Positions 12,469 through 22,350 of a DNA stretch of 62,749 bases are shown here, piece by piece. A model generated the notes under the pieces. That model saw only the letters and a list, made by a program, of their open reading frames with translations. It searched no databases and was not told the origin of the DNA. The position numbers were made by a program, and so were the translations under genes. Origin of the DNA: Bacteroidota bacterium (lineage in GTDB: Bacteria; Bacteroidota; Bacteroidia; Bacteroidales; PUMT01); assembly GCA_003551495.1 (NCBI GenBank), contig PUMT01000010.1:1-62749 (forward strand). The letters are read 5' to 3'. Every line of letters begins with the position of its first letter. Within the stretch, counting starts at the first letter, position 1.

Positions 12469-14634
12469 ATGAAAAACCTGATCTATATTAAGGCTTATTT
12501 TCACAGACCTTTTTTTATTCCGGGCTTCCTGATTTTATTTTTATTGTTTTTTCCAAATGAACTCAATGGGCAAAAAAGTTATGGAGGCAGGCCTTTCCCT
12601 TTGTCCCCAACTGAGCTTGAAAAAACCCCCGTTGCTGAAATGCCCCGGTTTAATATTCATGATGCAAGAAAGAAAACAGAGATGAAGCTCAGAGAAAGCA
12701 ACCTGAAAAAACTGGATTTTGCACGCTCGTTTGAAGTTGATTTCACACCCGACAATTCGGGGAAGTGGACAGTTAACAGCGAAGGAACGAGGATATGGCG
12801 GCTGATTGTCCATTCGCGAAATGCTCATTCCATCAATATTATATTCAACAGGTTCCTGCTCAGTCCGGGTGCCACACTCTTTTTATACAACCCTGACCAG
12901 TCGGATATCCTTGGAGGCTTCAACCATTTGAACAACCGCCCATCAGGCACCCTTGCAGTTTCACCCCTGCCTGGAGACCGTGTTGTACTGGAGCTTCAGG
13001 TATTGCCAGGCGCGGACAACTGGGGCGAACTCTCTTTAGGATCGGTATCCCACGATTTCATGGGAGTTTTTGGTCAAAAAAGTCAGCAATTCGGACTTTC
13101 AGGTAAATGTAACATTGACATAAACTGTCCGGAAGGAGATTACTGGCAGATGGAAAAGAACAGTGTCGTCAGACTTGTTATTAACGGCAACAGCCTGTGT
13201 ACAGGTGTTCTCCTGAATAATGCCGAAAATGACGGAACCCCTTACCTCCTCACTGCAAACCACTGCATAGACAGCGAATCCAAAGCCGCCAACACTGTAT
13301 TTCTCTTCAATTTTGAAAGCCCATCATGCAATGGTCCGGGGCCTCCCGCTAACAACACACTTTCCGGGTCTGACCTGAAAGCAACAAGTACCGCACTCGA
13401 CTTTACGCTTGTAGAGTTTGACACCACCCCGCCAAGGGAGTACCGTCCTTTCCTGGCCGGCTGGAGCAGAAGCAGCGACCCGGCCGATTCAACCGCAGGC
13501 ATACACCATCCCATGGGAGATGTAAAAAAGATCTCAATGGACTTTGACAACCCTTCTGTAGCCACATTTGGCCTAAACTATGTTCCCGGTGGTTCATGGA
13601 GAGTAAACAAATGGGATATCGGAACTACAGAAGGAGGGTCTTCCGGGTCCCCCCTGTTTGACCAAAACAGGAGGGTTGTCGGAACTCTTATTGGGGGCGA
13701 TGCATACTGCGGCCATTCTGTCAATGATTACTATTCGCGTTTTGACATGGCGTGGGATTACTACCCGGAAGAAGACAGGCAACTGATGGCATGGCTCGAT
13801 CCCGAAGACAAGGGGGTAACGGAGGTTGACGGTCTAAATCCATATGCTGAATCGGACCTGAAAGCGGACTTCGAAATAAATTCATCAGAAGTTTGCGATG
13901 GCAGTCATTTTGTATTTACAGACTATTCGACAGGCGCTATCGATGCATATTTCTGGGATTTTGGCGAAGGAGCCGAACCTGCCACTTCGGTTGAACCCGG
14001 GCCACATTTTGTTTTGTATGAAAGTGGAGGGACTAAAACAGTTACCCTGAGGGTTGACAGCGGTGAAGAGTATGATATCATAGAAAGGGAGGCGGATCTG
14101 TCAATAATGACTGAAAACCTGCCTGTTGCTTCTTTTGATTATGAAACAGGGGAGCAGCAGAACGGCGAATCAGTCAGGATTAACTTTTTCGACCAGTCAC
14201 TTAACGCCGCAACTTACTACTGGGAGTTCGGGAACAGAACGATCAGCACACTTCAGAATCCAACAGCAACCTATTTTTTTGAAAGCAATTACGAGGTGAT
14301 GCTAATGATAAGGAACATGGTATGTACAGACCGGGAATCCAAAACAGTCGAAGTGGTCATAGAAGAACCTCCGGATGACCCGCCATTTGCAGATGAGATG
14401 TCAATATATCCTGTGCCTGCAACTGAAAATATTTACGTTGAACTTTCCAGGGCACTAAGGGGGCCCGGCACAGTCAGGATATCCAACATTAAGGGGCAGT
14501 TAGTTAAAGAAAAAAAGTACACAAGGGAAGATTATCTTATTGAGGTCAATATTCAGGATCTGTCCCCCGGAATTTACCTTGTGAATGTTTTCAACAATTT
14601 CAATTCAAAGGTTAAAAAAATATCAGTTTTCTGA
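12469..14634 (+). CDS. T9SS-secreted trypsin-like serine protease (lysyl endopeptidase family) with PKD domains and type A CTD
   Basis: LTANHC, DFTL, IHHP.GD.KK, TEGGSSGSPLF; WDFGEGA/WEFGN PKD motifs; IYPVPA...GIYLV...KKISV CTD. Confidence 0.9.
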   Translation: MKNLIYIKAYFHRPFFIPGFLILFLLFFPNELNGQKSYGGRPFPLSPTELEKTPVAEMPRFNIHDARKKTEMKLRESNLKKLDFARSFEVDFTPDNSGKWTVNSEGTRIWRLIVHSRNAHSINIIFNRFLLSPGATLFLYNPDQSDILGGFNHLNNRPSGTLAVSPLPGDRVVLELQVLPGADNWGELSLGSVSHDFMGVFGQKSQQFGLSGKCNIDINCPEGDYWQMEKNSVVRLVINGNSLCTGVLLNNAENDGTPYLLTANHCIDSESKAANTVFLFNFESPSCNGPGPPANNTLSGSDLKATSTALDFTLVEFDTTPPREYRPFLAGWSRSSDPADSTAGIHHPMGDVKKISMDFDNPSVATFGLNYVPGGSWRVNKWDIGTTEGGSSGSPLFDQNRRVVGTLIGGDAYCGHSVNDYYSRFDMAWDYYPEEDRQLMAWLDPEDKGVTEVDGLNPYAESDLKADFEINSSEVCDGSHFVFTDYSTGAIDAYFWDFGEGAEPATSVEPGPHFVLYESGGTKTVTLRVDSGEEYDIIEREADLSIMTENLPVASFDYETGEQQNGESVRINFFDQSLNAATYYWEFGNRTISTLQNPTATYFFESNYEVMLMIRNMVCTDRESKTVEVVIEEPPDDPPFADEMSIYPVPATENIYVELSRALRGPGTVRISNIKGQLVKEKKYTREDYLIEVNIQDLSPGIYLVNVFNNFNSKVKKISVF

Positions 14635-15794
14635 TGAACAGCACATTACGCTATATATTTGCTTTTTTTTTTATTCCTGCTGCAATATCCATCTGGTCAT
14701 GCAGCGGAAATATATCAACTGATGACGGATCAGGTGATAACTGCCGTGAGTTAAACCATGCAGTGGGATTCTGCATTGAAGACAGGGAGGGATACAGGAA
14801 ATTAACAGTTTACAATCCATGGCAGGGTGCAAGAAACAGGGTTTTTTCCTGGTATCTTGTAACCCGTAACGATCCGTTGCCTCCTGGTATCCGTGAAAGC
14901 AGGGTTATAAGGACACCTGTTGAAAGAATTGTCTGCCTTTCAACAACACATATCGCCCTGATTGACCAGTTGGGTGAAACCTCCAGTATATCGGCCGTTT
15001 CAAACAGTAAACTGGTCAACAATACCTTATTGAGAAGGCGAATCGAAGAGGGGAAATTGCCTGATATAGGCTACGAGCAAAATCTCGATTTTGAGAAGAT
15101 CCTGTCTCTGCAGCCATGTCTGGTTACAGCTTACGGTGTTGGAAGCGAAGCATCCGGATATGTTCAAAGGCTTGAGGAACTGGGTATAAATGTTGTAATT
15201 ATCGGGGAATATCTTGAACCCACACCACTTGCCCAGGCAGAGTGGATTAAGTTCATGGCTGCATTTTTCAATCTCGATGAACTGGCTGAAGAAAAGTTCA
15301 GTAAAACCGAAAAAAAGTACAATGAAGTTGCTTCCCTTATTTCTGCAGTTGAAGATAAACCTGTAGTGATGGCCGGACTGCCATGGAGGAACAGCTGGTT
15401 CGTCCCCGGCGGTCGCTCTTTTTTTGCAACAATGGTTGAAGATGCCGGGGGGAATTATATCTGGAAAAACAATTCCTCCAGGGAAAACTTTCCAATAGAC
15501 ATGGAAAAGATGTTTGAGGCCGGTGACAGCGCTGATATATGGCTCAATACCGGCTCAGCAAAAAGCACTGATGAGATACTCAATGTTGACACCCGGCTCT
15601 CAACACTGCCTCCTTTCCGGAATGGCAGAATTTACAACAATACAGCCAGGTTGAATGAATATGGAGGAAACGATTTCTGGGAAAGGGGGATAACAGAACC
15701 GCACATAATACTCAGGGATCTTGCATACATTTTCCACCCCTCCCTCCTGCCCGGCCACGAACATGTTTATTACGAAAAGATAGGCGAACGGTAA
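14634..15794 (+). CDS. btuF: B12/iron-chelate ABC transporter substrate-binding lipoprotein
   Basis: Lipobox IWSC, PVERIVCLSTTH, EYLE.TPL..AEWIKF, GGNDFWE.G; operon context. Confidence 0.8.
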   Translation: MNSTLRYIFAFFFIPAAISIWSCSGNISTDDGSGDNCRELNHAVGFCIEDREGYRKLTVYNPWQGARNRVFSWYLVTRNDPLPPGIRESRVIRTPVERIVCLSTTHIALIDQLGETSSISAVSNSKLVNNTLLRRRIEEGKLPDIGYEQNLDFEKILSLQPCLVTAYGVGSEASGYVQRLEELGINVVIIGEYLEPTPLAQAEWIKFMAAFFNLDELAEEKFSKTEKKYNEVASLISAVEDKPVVMAGLPWRNSWFVPGGRSFFATMVEDAGGNYIWKNNSSRENFPIDMEKMFEAGDSADIWLNTGSAKSTDEILNVDTRLSTLPPFRNGRIYNNTARLNEYGGNDFWERGITEPHIILRDLAYIFHPSLLPGHEHVYYEKIGER

Positions 15795-15804
15795 TATGTA
15801 ACCG

Positions 15805-16836
15805 ATGGAAAGAAATAAAAACATACTCCTGTTTGTGTTGCTGGGATTGCTGACTGTTGGACTGTTTACTGCATCAGTCTTTACAGGTTCTGTTCACATA
15901 CCGGTAAGTGAAATTGCCAGGATCATTGGTGGAGGAGAGCCTCTGAGGCCGGAATGGAAAACAATTGTGCTTGACCTCAGGGTTCCAAGGGCTCTTACAG
16001 CTCTTCTTGCAGGTATGGGGTTGGCGGTGAGCGGACTTCAGATGCAGACCGTATTCCGGAACCCCCTTGCAGGACCTTTTGTCCTCGGTATTACGGCAGG
16101 TGCCAGTCTTGGAGTTGCACTGGTCGTGCTCGGCTATGCCTGGATATTTACCGCAAGCCAGTCCATTCCCGGAAACTGGCTCCTCATTGCATCAGCATGG
16201 CTGGGATCGGGAGCCGTACTTTTTATTATAATGCTCGTCTCTGTGAGGGTCAGGGATATTATGACAATACTTATTCTCGGGATAATGTTTGGCAGTGCCG
16301 CTACCGCCCTGGTCAGCGTTTTGCAGTATTTCAGCGAAGAAGCAATGCTCAGGTCTTACGTAATATGGACTATGGGAAGTCTCGGCAATGTTTCCAGGTC
16401 ACAAATGCAAATTTTCCTGCCGGCAATTTTAACGGGAGTACTTATTTCGCTTATATCTGCTAAAACCTTAAACGCACTGCTGCTTGGGGAAAATTATGCA
16501 CGGAGCCTTGGTGTGAGTATCACAGCAGCACGTTTTACGGTGTTTCTGAGCACTAGTGTGCTGGCGGGCACTGTTACAGCTTTTTGCGGACCTATAGGAT
16601 TTATCGGGATTGCCGTACCACATATTGCAAGAATGATTACAAAAAATGCAAATCACAGGATGCTTCTCCCGTCAACCATTTTAACCGGGGGGATTATCAT
16701 GCTGGCAAGCGATATAGTTTCGCGGCTGCCCGGACACGAAAGCGCCCTTCCCATAAATTCGGTAACAGCACTTATCGGGATCCCGGTGGTGATCTGGATA
16801 ATTATCAAGAATCAAAAATTCTCAAAAATGGTCTGA
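15805..16836 (+). CDS. btuC: FecCD/BtuC family ABC permease
   Basis: R.PRALTA, QT.FRNPLA.P..LGI..GA, LLLGE.YA.SLG, GPIGFIGIAVPHIAR. Confidence 0.85.
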   Translation: MERNKNILLFVLLGLLTVGLFTASVFTGSVHIPVSEIARIIGGGEPLRPEWKTIVLDLRVPRALTALLAGMGLAVSGLQMQTVFRNPLAGPFVLGITAGASLGVALVVLGYAWIFTASQSIPGNWLLIASAWLGSGAVLFIIMLVSVRVRDIMTILILGIMFGSAATALVSVLQYFSEEAMLRSYVIWTMGSLGNVSRSQMQIFLPAILTGVLISLISAKTLNALLLGENYARSLGVSITAARFTVFLSTSVLAGTVTAFCGPIGFIGIAVPHIARMITKNANHRMLLPSTILTGGIIMLASDIVSRLPGHESALPINSVTALIGIPVVIWIIIKNQKFSKMV

Positions 16837-16837
16837 T

Positions 16838-17869
16838 ATGGACAACGGTGAAACTGAAAAACTATCTGTATCGGATTTGACTGTCGGATATCCGCGCCGT
16901 GGCAAAGAGGCGGGGATGATCTTTCCGAGTATTAATGCTTCAGCCGGGAAAGGTGAGCTGGTTGCCCTTTTCGGAAGGAACGGCATTGGCAAAAGCACCC
17001 TGCTTAGAAGTATGGCCAATTTGCAGAAGCCACTGGAAGGGAAGATCATGGTCTCAGGGAAAGAAATAGTAAAATACTCTCCCAATGAGCTTGCCCGGAC
17101 TATCAGTTTTGTTTCAACCGAACGGATCAACGTAAACAACCTGAAGGTTGCCGATATGGTGGCATTCGGCCGTTTCCCCTATACGGGGTGGACAGGCAGG
17201 CTGAGCAGGGAAGATTCGGAAACAGTCGACAGTGCCCTGAATATGGTAGGGATGAGCCACATGGCCGGCAAAAACATCAACCATATAAGCGACGGGGAAC
17301 GTCAAAGAGTTATGATAGCACGCTCCCTTGCACAAGACACCCCTTTCATAATACTGGATGAACCAACGGCATTTCTTGACCTTCCCAACAAATATGAGGT
17401 TGTGCATTTGCTGGGGAGGATGGCTTCGGAAAAAAACAAGACCGTCATATTTTCCACACACGACCTGGGTATAGCCATTCAGGCGGCAGACAAGGTATGG
17501 ATTATGCTGGAAGACCGGCTGACTGAAGGGTCGCCTGAAGACCTTGTGATTAACAGGTCGTTTGGAAGTATGTTTACCGATTCCAGGCTCACTTTCAATG
17601 ATGAAACCGCTGAATTCAGAATAAAAAGAAAAGCAGAAAGAAAAATTCGTGTTACCGGAAAGGGAAGGGAACATTTGTGGACAGGAAAGGCTCTTGAAAG
17701 AATAGGTTTCGAGGTCTCCTCCGAAAAAGTGGTGGACACTGAAGTCAACGTTATAAGCGGGAAAGGGAATAAAACCAAATGGGAATTGCGGAATCCGTCA
17801 AAGATAAAAGAATTTGATTCGGTTTACAGCCTGTGTTATTTCCTAAAAAACAATTTCAGCGCCATTTGA
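16838..17869 (+). CDS. btuD: ABC transporter ATP-binding protein
   Basis: Walker A GRNGIGKST, signature ISDGERQR, Walker B ILDEPT, STHD. Confidence 0.85.
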   Translation: MDNGETEKLSVSDLTVGYPRRGKEAGMIFPSINASAGKGELVALFGRNGIGKSTLLRSMANLQKPLEGKIMVSGKEIVKYSPNELARTISFVSTERINVNNLKVADMVAFGRFPYTGWTGRLSREDSETVDSALNMVGMSHMAGKNINHISDGERQRVMIARSLAQDTPFIILDEPTAFLDLPNKYEVVHLLGRMASEKNKTVIFSTHDLGIAIQAADKVWIMLEDRLTEGSPEDLVINRSFGSMFTDSRLTFNDETAEFRIKRKAERKIRVTGKGREHLWTGKALERIGFEVSSEKVVDTEVNVISGKGNKTKWELRNPSKIKEFDSVYSLCYFLKNNFSAI

Positions 17870-17926
17870 ATTTAAAGGCAGAGGTTCTTCACCAGGAAGG
17901 CTCAAAACTTATGCTGCTACTACCCG

Positions 17927-18904
17927 CTAATACCTGTTCAGCCAGCGGTATCTCCTTGCAGAATCACCAAATTTCATGCTTACCATTATCTCATGTGAGC
18001 CGAAGCTGTGCTTCCTTATGCTGCTCAATGTGTAATCAAATGCATAACCAAAATAGAGCCTGTCAACCCTCACTCCTCCCATCATTACAAATGCACCGCT
18101 TGTTCTGTAAGACAGCCCCGCCCAGTAGTCGTCCATATAATAGACCCTGGTGTTAATGTCAAATTGGGGCATCCCACTGAGAGTTGACTGCATCAGTAAC
18201 GAAGGTTCGATAGTTATTTCATCAAGGAATATACCGTATCCTCCCATCAGGTAAAAATGCCTCTCCATTTTGTAGTCCCTGAAACCGTCGCTCCCGAATT
18301 TCAGGGCTGATTCGAGCAGCTGTGCAACCGCCAATCCAACGTAAAAATCTGTTTCCCTGTAGTAAACGCCAAGGTTGGCATCCGGCACATATAGTGCGTT
18401 CTTGCTGCTGTTCAACAGCGGGTCGTTATCATCGTAAAGGTTCAGGTTCCTGTCGTCTATACGGAGCTGGAAACCGGTAAGTGAAACACCAAATGAAAGC
18501 TGCCTGGTCCGGTCCATGCTTATATGATATGAGTATGTAGCCTGAAACCCTGTCCTGTCAATTAATCCGTTTTTATCATTGTAAATATAACCTCCCAGTC
18601 CCACATTACCGCTGCGGCTCATTGAAGCCGGCCTTCTGCGTATACTTCTGGAGCGGTCGATAGGGCTCTGCCTGAGAAGGCGGGTTGTTGTACTGAGAGC
18701 AATTGTACGGGGTGAGTTCTCAAAACCAACCCACTGTTCCCTTGCTGTAAGGCTTACTGTCGTGAAGCCGTCATGACCTGCCACTGCAGGATTAAGCAGA
18801 AAGCTGTTCATCATGTACTGGCTGTACAGAGGCAATTGCTGTCCCTTCAATGAAATGAGCGGCAGGAATAATATCAATATTAATATATATCTCTTTTTCA
18901 GCAT
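17927..18904 (-). CDS. PorP/SprF family type IX secretion outer-membrane protein
   Basis: QQLPLYSQYM.N..LLNPA.AG, REQWVG...SP.T, GYAFDY, GSHEI motifs. Confidence 0.93.
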   Translation of the reverse strand: MLKKRYILILILFLPLISLKGQQLPLYSQYMMNSFLLNPAVAGHDGFTTVSLTAREQWVGFENSPRTIALSTTTRLLRQSPIDRSRSIRRRPASMSRSGNVGLGGYIYNDKNGLIDRTGFQATYSYHISMDRTRQLSFGVSLTGFQLRIDDRNLNLYDDNDPLLNSSKNALYVPDANLGVYYRETDFYVGLAVAQLLESALKFGSDGFRDYKMERHFYLMGGYGIFLDEITIEPSLLMQSTLSGMPQFDINTRVYYMDDYWAGLSYRTSGAFVMMGGVRVDRLYFGYAFDYTLSSIRKHSFGSHEIMVSMKFGDSARRYRWLNRY

Positions 18905-19047
18905 GTTTCTGCATTGTAAAAGTTAACGTCCATCTTTTGACATCATCTAAAACCGATGTATGAAGAACCGTATAATTACTTTAACGTAATGTTTAATTTG
19001 TAGTTTCAATAATTTAGTTAAACTTCAGCAATATAATAAAATTACAT

Positions 19048-20076
19048 TTATCTTACAATTGTTACGGTTCCGGTTACTTCAATCTTTGAACCATCATTGA
19101 GCCTGATAACATAATGGTATGAATCCATAGACAGCGGGCGTCCCCTGTATCTGCCGTCCCATGGTTCGGGATTCCCCGGTTGCGATACAAAAACTCTTTC
19201 ACCCCAGCGGTTGAATACTTCCACTACCGCATTCGGGAATTCAACTGAAAGTTCCTGGCCGTTCTCGTCACGTATGATCCATGTGTCATTGAACCCGTCA
19301 TCATTCGGAGTAAACACATTTGGCACATTAAGTTCGATTACAATTTCACAAAGGTCAATGAATATGGTATCCGATGCCGAACAGCCCTCATTTGTAAACA
19401 CTTCAACCCAGATTTCTGTTGGCACATCTGTGCCGAACACCGTTACAGTCTGGGTAACGTCGCCCGTTGACCAGTTGTATATATCGCCGTCATCACCGGC
19501 ATCGAGCAGGATGCTCTCATCAGGACAAAGAACGGTATCATCTCCCAGGTCAACTTCAGGAAGCGGGTTGACAACCAGCTCAACAGTATCCCTTCCGATC
19601 AGCCCATCTTCATTTACAACCTGCACCCAGTAAGTCCCAGCTTCACCTGTTGCAAATGTCCGGCCTATCTGATCCGGGTCATCATTCCAGAGATATGATA
19701 CATATCCTTCCCCTGCATCAAAAACATATATCTCCCCTTCGCATATCTCAACCCTGTCAGGGAACGGATCATAATCGAGGTATTCTGTTATTTCAACATA
19801 AGTATAAACTGTATCTCCCGTACAGCCGTAAATATTTGTTTCCACTACCTTCAACTCATATACGCCGGGCACTGTTCCCCAGTCAACCACTATCCGGTTG
19901 TTTGAGAAAGTGACGATCTCTCCTCCTTCAACCCACCATTCGTATAAAGACCCGGGGGTCTCATCCACGCCATAGTGAAAACCGGAAGAGCCGGCAGGGA
20001 CGGTGTGCAACACCTGCCCCTGCGCGGCTATCCCGTAAGAGATCAGCAGCAATATTGCAAGGTAGCGTAAAATCAA
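19048..20076 (-). CDS. T9SS substrate with type B (gliding-motility-associated) C-terminal domain and PKD/Ig-like repeats
   Basis: VPNVFTPNDDGFNDTW, VFNRWG..VF, WDGRYRG, G.VTIVR; P.VDLG.DT.LC repeats; signal peptide; TTG start. Confidence 0.9.
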   Translation of the reverse strand: MILRYLAILLLISYGIAAQGQVLHTVPAGSSGFHYGVDETPGSLYEWWVEGGEIVTFSNNRIVVDWGTVPGVYELKVVETNIYGCTGDTVYTYVEITEYLDYDPFPDRVEICEGEIYVFDAGEGYVSYLWNDDPDQIGRTFATGEAGTYWVQVVNEDGLIGRDTVELVVNPLPEVDLGDDTVLCPDESILLDAGDDGDIYNWSTGDVTQTVTVFGTDVPTEIWVEVFTNEGCSASDTIFIDLCEIVIELNVPNVFTPNDDGFNDTWIIRDENGQELSVEFPNAVVEVFNRWGERVFVSQPGNPEPWDGRYRGRPLSMDSYHYVIRLNDGSKIEVTGTVTIVR

Positions 20077-20118
20077 GTTTTACAGCTGTTTGTTATTTAC
20101 AGTTTATAATATATCTCT

Positions 20119-21033
20119 TTACAATTCACCGTGTCCTTCAGGTATGTGGAATATCGGACCTGTTTGCGGTGTGGGGTTCACAATAATTGCAAAAGTAACC
20201 GGGTCAGTTTCGTACCAGGTAGTCTCACCCAGAAGGTAATCAGACCTGCGCGAGATAAGGTCGGTTATACCTGTAATGGTGTAGGTGTACCTTGTACGCC
20301 TGTTGTTCTCAACAACAAGGTCGCGGTCAGCATCAAACACAAATGTCTCTTCGCTTACGCGTGTATAGCTCGTGCCTCCACCTACTACCGATTCACCACT
20401 CTCAACAGTAACAGCCTCGCCAACCGGGTTACCATCCTCATCGACCTCCTGTCTAACAAGCTCCCACCTTACCTGGAAGTTGGGAAAACCGCTCAGCTCT
20501 ATCGATGCGTCAAAACCCTCCAGGTCACCACACTGCTGGTAGGTTTCACCATCTGCAATTTCCAGTACATCCAGAAATGAAGGGAATGAATGGATCTCGG
20601 GAGCTTCAACAACCCTTATGGTAATATCTGTTCCCTCGGGATCTTCACAACCACCGAACTCTTCCGGGGCCTGCTCCTTCACGTTCAGAACGAAATCACC
20701 AACCTGGTTGGCAGTAATCTCCACATAATTGAGATCCTGATTAGCCAGTGTCAGCTGGTTCCCCCATTCCCAGGCTTCGGCAACCGGTCCCCAGTTCCAT
20801 GTAAACCCGGGTGTGATATTATCGGATACGGGTTCAAAATCCGGATGGTAATAGTTGTCAGGCTCGACATAAAAAGGCATTGTCCTTCCAACCGTAATGT
20901 ATGAAACATTTTCGTCATCGGCTGCATTACCGAAGTCCCCGGCATCCTGTGCCAGGGCACCGCCTATGGTAAACAAGGTTACCATTAACACTGTAAATAA
21001 CTTTTTAGCAAACTTTCTCTCTTCTGTTTTCAT
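20119..21033 (-). CDS. Exported two-domain Ig/PKD-like protein ending in PTPQTGPIFHIP; candidate filament subunit
   Basis: Signal peptide ending ALA-Q (start reassigned to MKTEERK at 21033); acidic, beta-rich; no canonical CTD. Confidence 0.75.
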   Translation of the reverse strand: MKTEERKFAKKLFTVLMVTLFTIGGALAQDAGDFGNAADDENVSYITVGRTMPFYVEPDNYYHPDFEPVSDNITPGFTWNWGPVAEAWEWGNQLTLANQDLNYVEITANQVGDFVLNVKEQAPEEFGGCEDPEGTDITIRVVEAPEIHSFPSFLDVLEIADGETYQQCGDLEGFDASIELSGFPNFQVRWELVRQEVDEDGNPVGEAVTVESGESVVGGGTSYTRVSEETFVFDADRDLVVENNRRTRYTYTITGITDLISRRSDYLLGETTWYETDPVTFAIIVNPTPQTGPIFHIPEGHGEL

Positions 21034-21129
21034 GATTAAAAAATTTAAATTAGTATTAGAATTGTTTTTGGTTTTCGAATTCATTTTTTCAGTTATTATG
21101 TTTTATCATTTCATTTTAATATCTTTAAC

Positions 21130-22350
21130 TTATTCAATATTAGCAATATGGAAATTAGAGCCAGCAACCGGCATCCTGTAAATTTCCGCTTCTGCTTCTT
21201 CACCTTCAACTATTCCAGCTCCATTGGCATCTGAAATGGATATGACGGAATAGATATACTGTGTCATAATACCGTTATTCAGCCATTCAGGAGGATCAGG
21301 CACAGCCAGTTCATATATGTAGGGGCTTCCCCCTTCAAGATCGGTTTCCTGAATTGTAATATCCTCCCATAAATTGCTATGGTTATCCTCAAGGGACAAT
21401 GTGAAAGGCGGTGTACCTGACAGTGAGATCTCCAAAACCACATATTCCCCTTCACATGCCGGTGAGCCGGATATCAACCCGGTTATTTCCGCAACCGGTC
21501 CTGCAATAACCATCACCTCCAGCGAATCGGAAATACGGCAGCCGTACTCATTTGTTGCGGAAAAAATATAGTATCCTTCCATTCCGGGTGTTGCAGGATC
21601 AGTTTCTGTCTCTGTGCCGTAATAAAGGAAATTTTCAGGCCCCTTCCATCTGTATGTCAGATCACTTTCGTCAGGATCCTCTGCTTCACCTGTAAGTTCT
21701 ATCGGTTCTCCCTGGGCAACCGGACTGTTTGAGGTGATGTGGGTTATCTCCGGAAATACGGGACAGTTATCCTGTATAAAGTCGTTTACCGGACTGTCTT
21801 CAGCATCATCCATATCTCCGTAGTTGCAGCCGGTATGTTCATGGCCTTCTGTATCACATTCCAGCACGTTGCTGTCGTCCATCTCCGGGACACTCCCACC
21901 TATATACACCTGGGGCGGTTCGGACTCACTGTTGAAGCTTCCCTGGCTGGATGAACCGCTTTTGGTCATATCCCCTGTTACGACAAGTGTGCCGTTTGCT
22001 GCAATATCTACACGATTTGCAATTGAGAGATTGCCATATATAATAAGTACTGCCCCCTCGTTCAGTGAAAGGTCGGCGTTATTTCCCAAAGTAAGGTCAC
22101 CGTGAATAATAAGAGTATCGTGGACTGTTAACAGGCCTCTGTGATAATCAATAGAAGTGCCTGATGAAATATATCCGAAAATATCAACATCTGCATCTAT
22201 ATGATCAACACCAGGAGATTCCCCTTCCACCCAGCTGTCGGGATCATTCCATTCACCTGTATAATTATCTTTTGATACAAAATCTTGTCCCGTTGCCGCA
22301 TATGAAATTGCAAAAAACAAAAATGCAGCAGCGAGGTATCTTAGTCTCAT
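21130..22350 (-). CDS. Exported protein with beta-solenoid-like N-domain, Ig-like domains and PVAGSNFHIA tail; candidate tip adhesin
   Basis: Signal peptide; repeats LIIHGDL/LIIYGNL/LVVTGDM; NSPV..GE.IEL and Y.WKGP.NF Ig motifs; C-domain resembles that of 20119..21033. Confidence 0.72.
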   Translation of the reverse strand: MRLRYLAAAFLFFAISYAATGQDFVSKDNYTGEWNDPDSWVEGESPGVDHIDADVDIFGYISSGTSIDYHRGLLTVHDTLIIHGDLTLGNNADLSLNEGAVLIIYGNLSIANRVDIAANGTLVVTGDMTKSGSSSQGSFNSESEPPQVYIGGSVPEMDDSNVLECDTEGHEHTGCNYGDMDDAEDSPVNDFIQDNCPVFPEITHITSNSPVAQGEPIELTGEAEDPDESDLTYRWKGPENFLYYGTETETDPATPGMEGYYIFSATNEYGCRISDSLEVMVIAGPVAEITGLISGSPACEGEYVVLEISLSGTPPFTLSLEDNHSNLWEDITIQETDLEGGSPYIYELAVPDPPEWLNNGIMTQYIYSVISISDANGAGIVEGEEAEAEIYRMPVAGSNFHIANIE

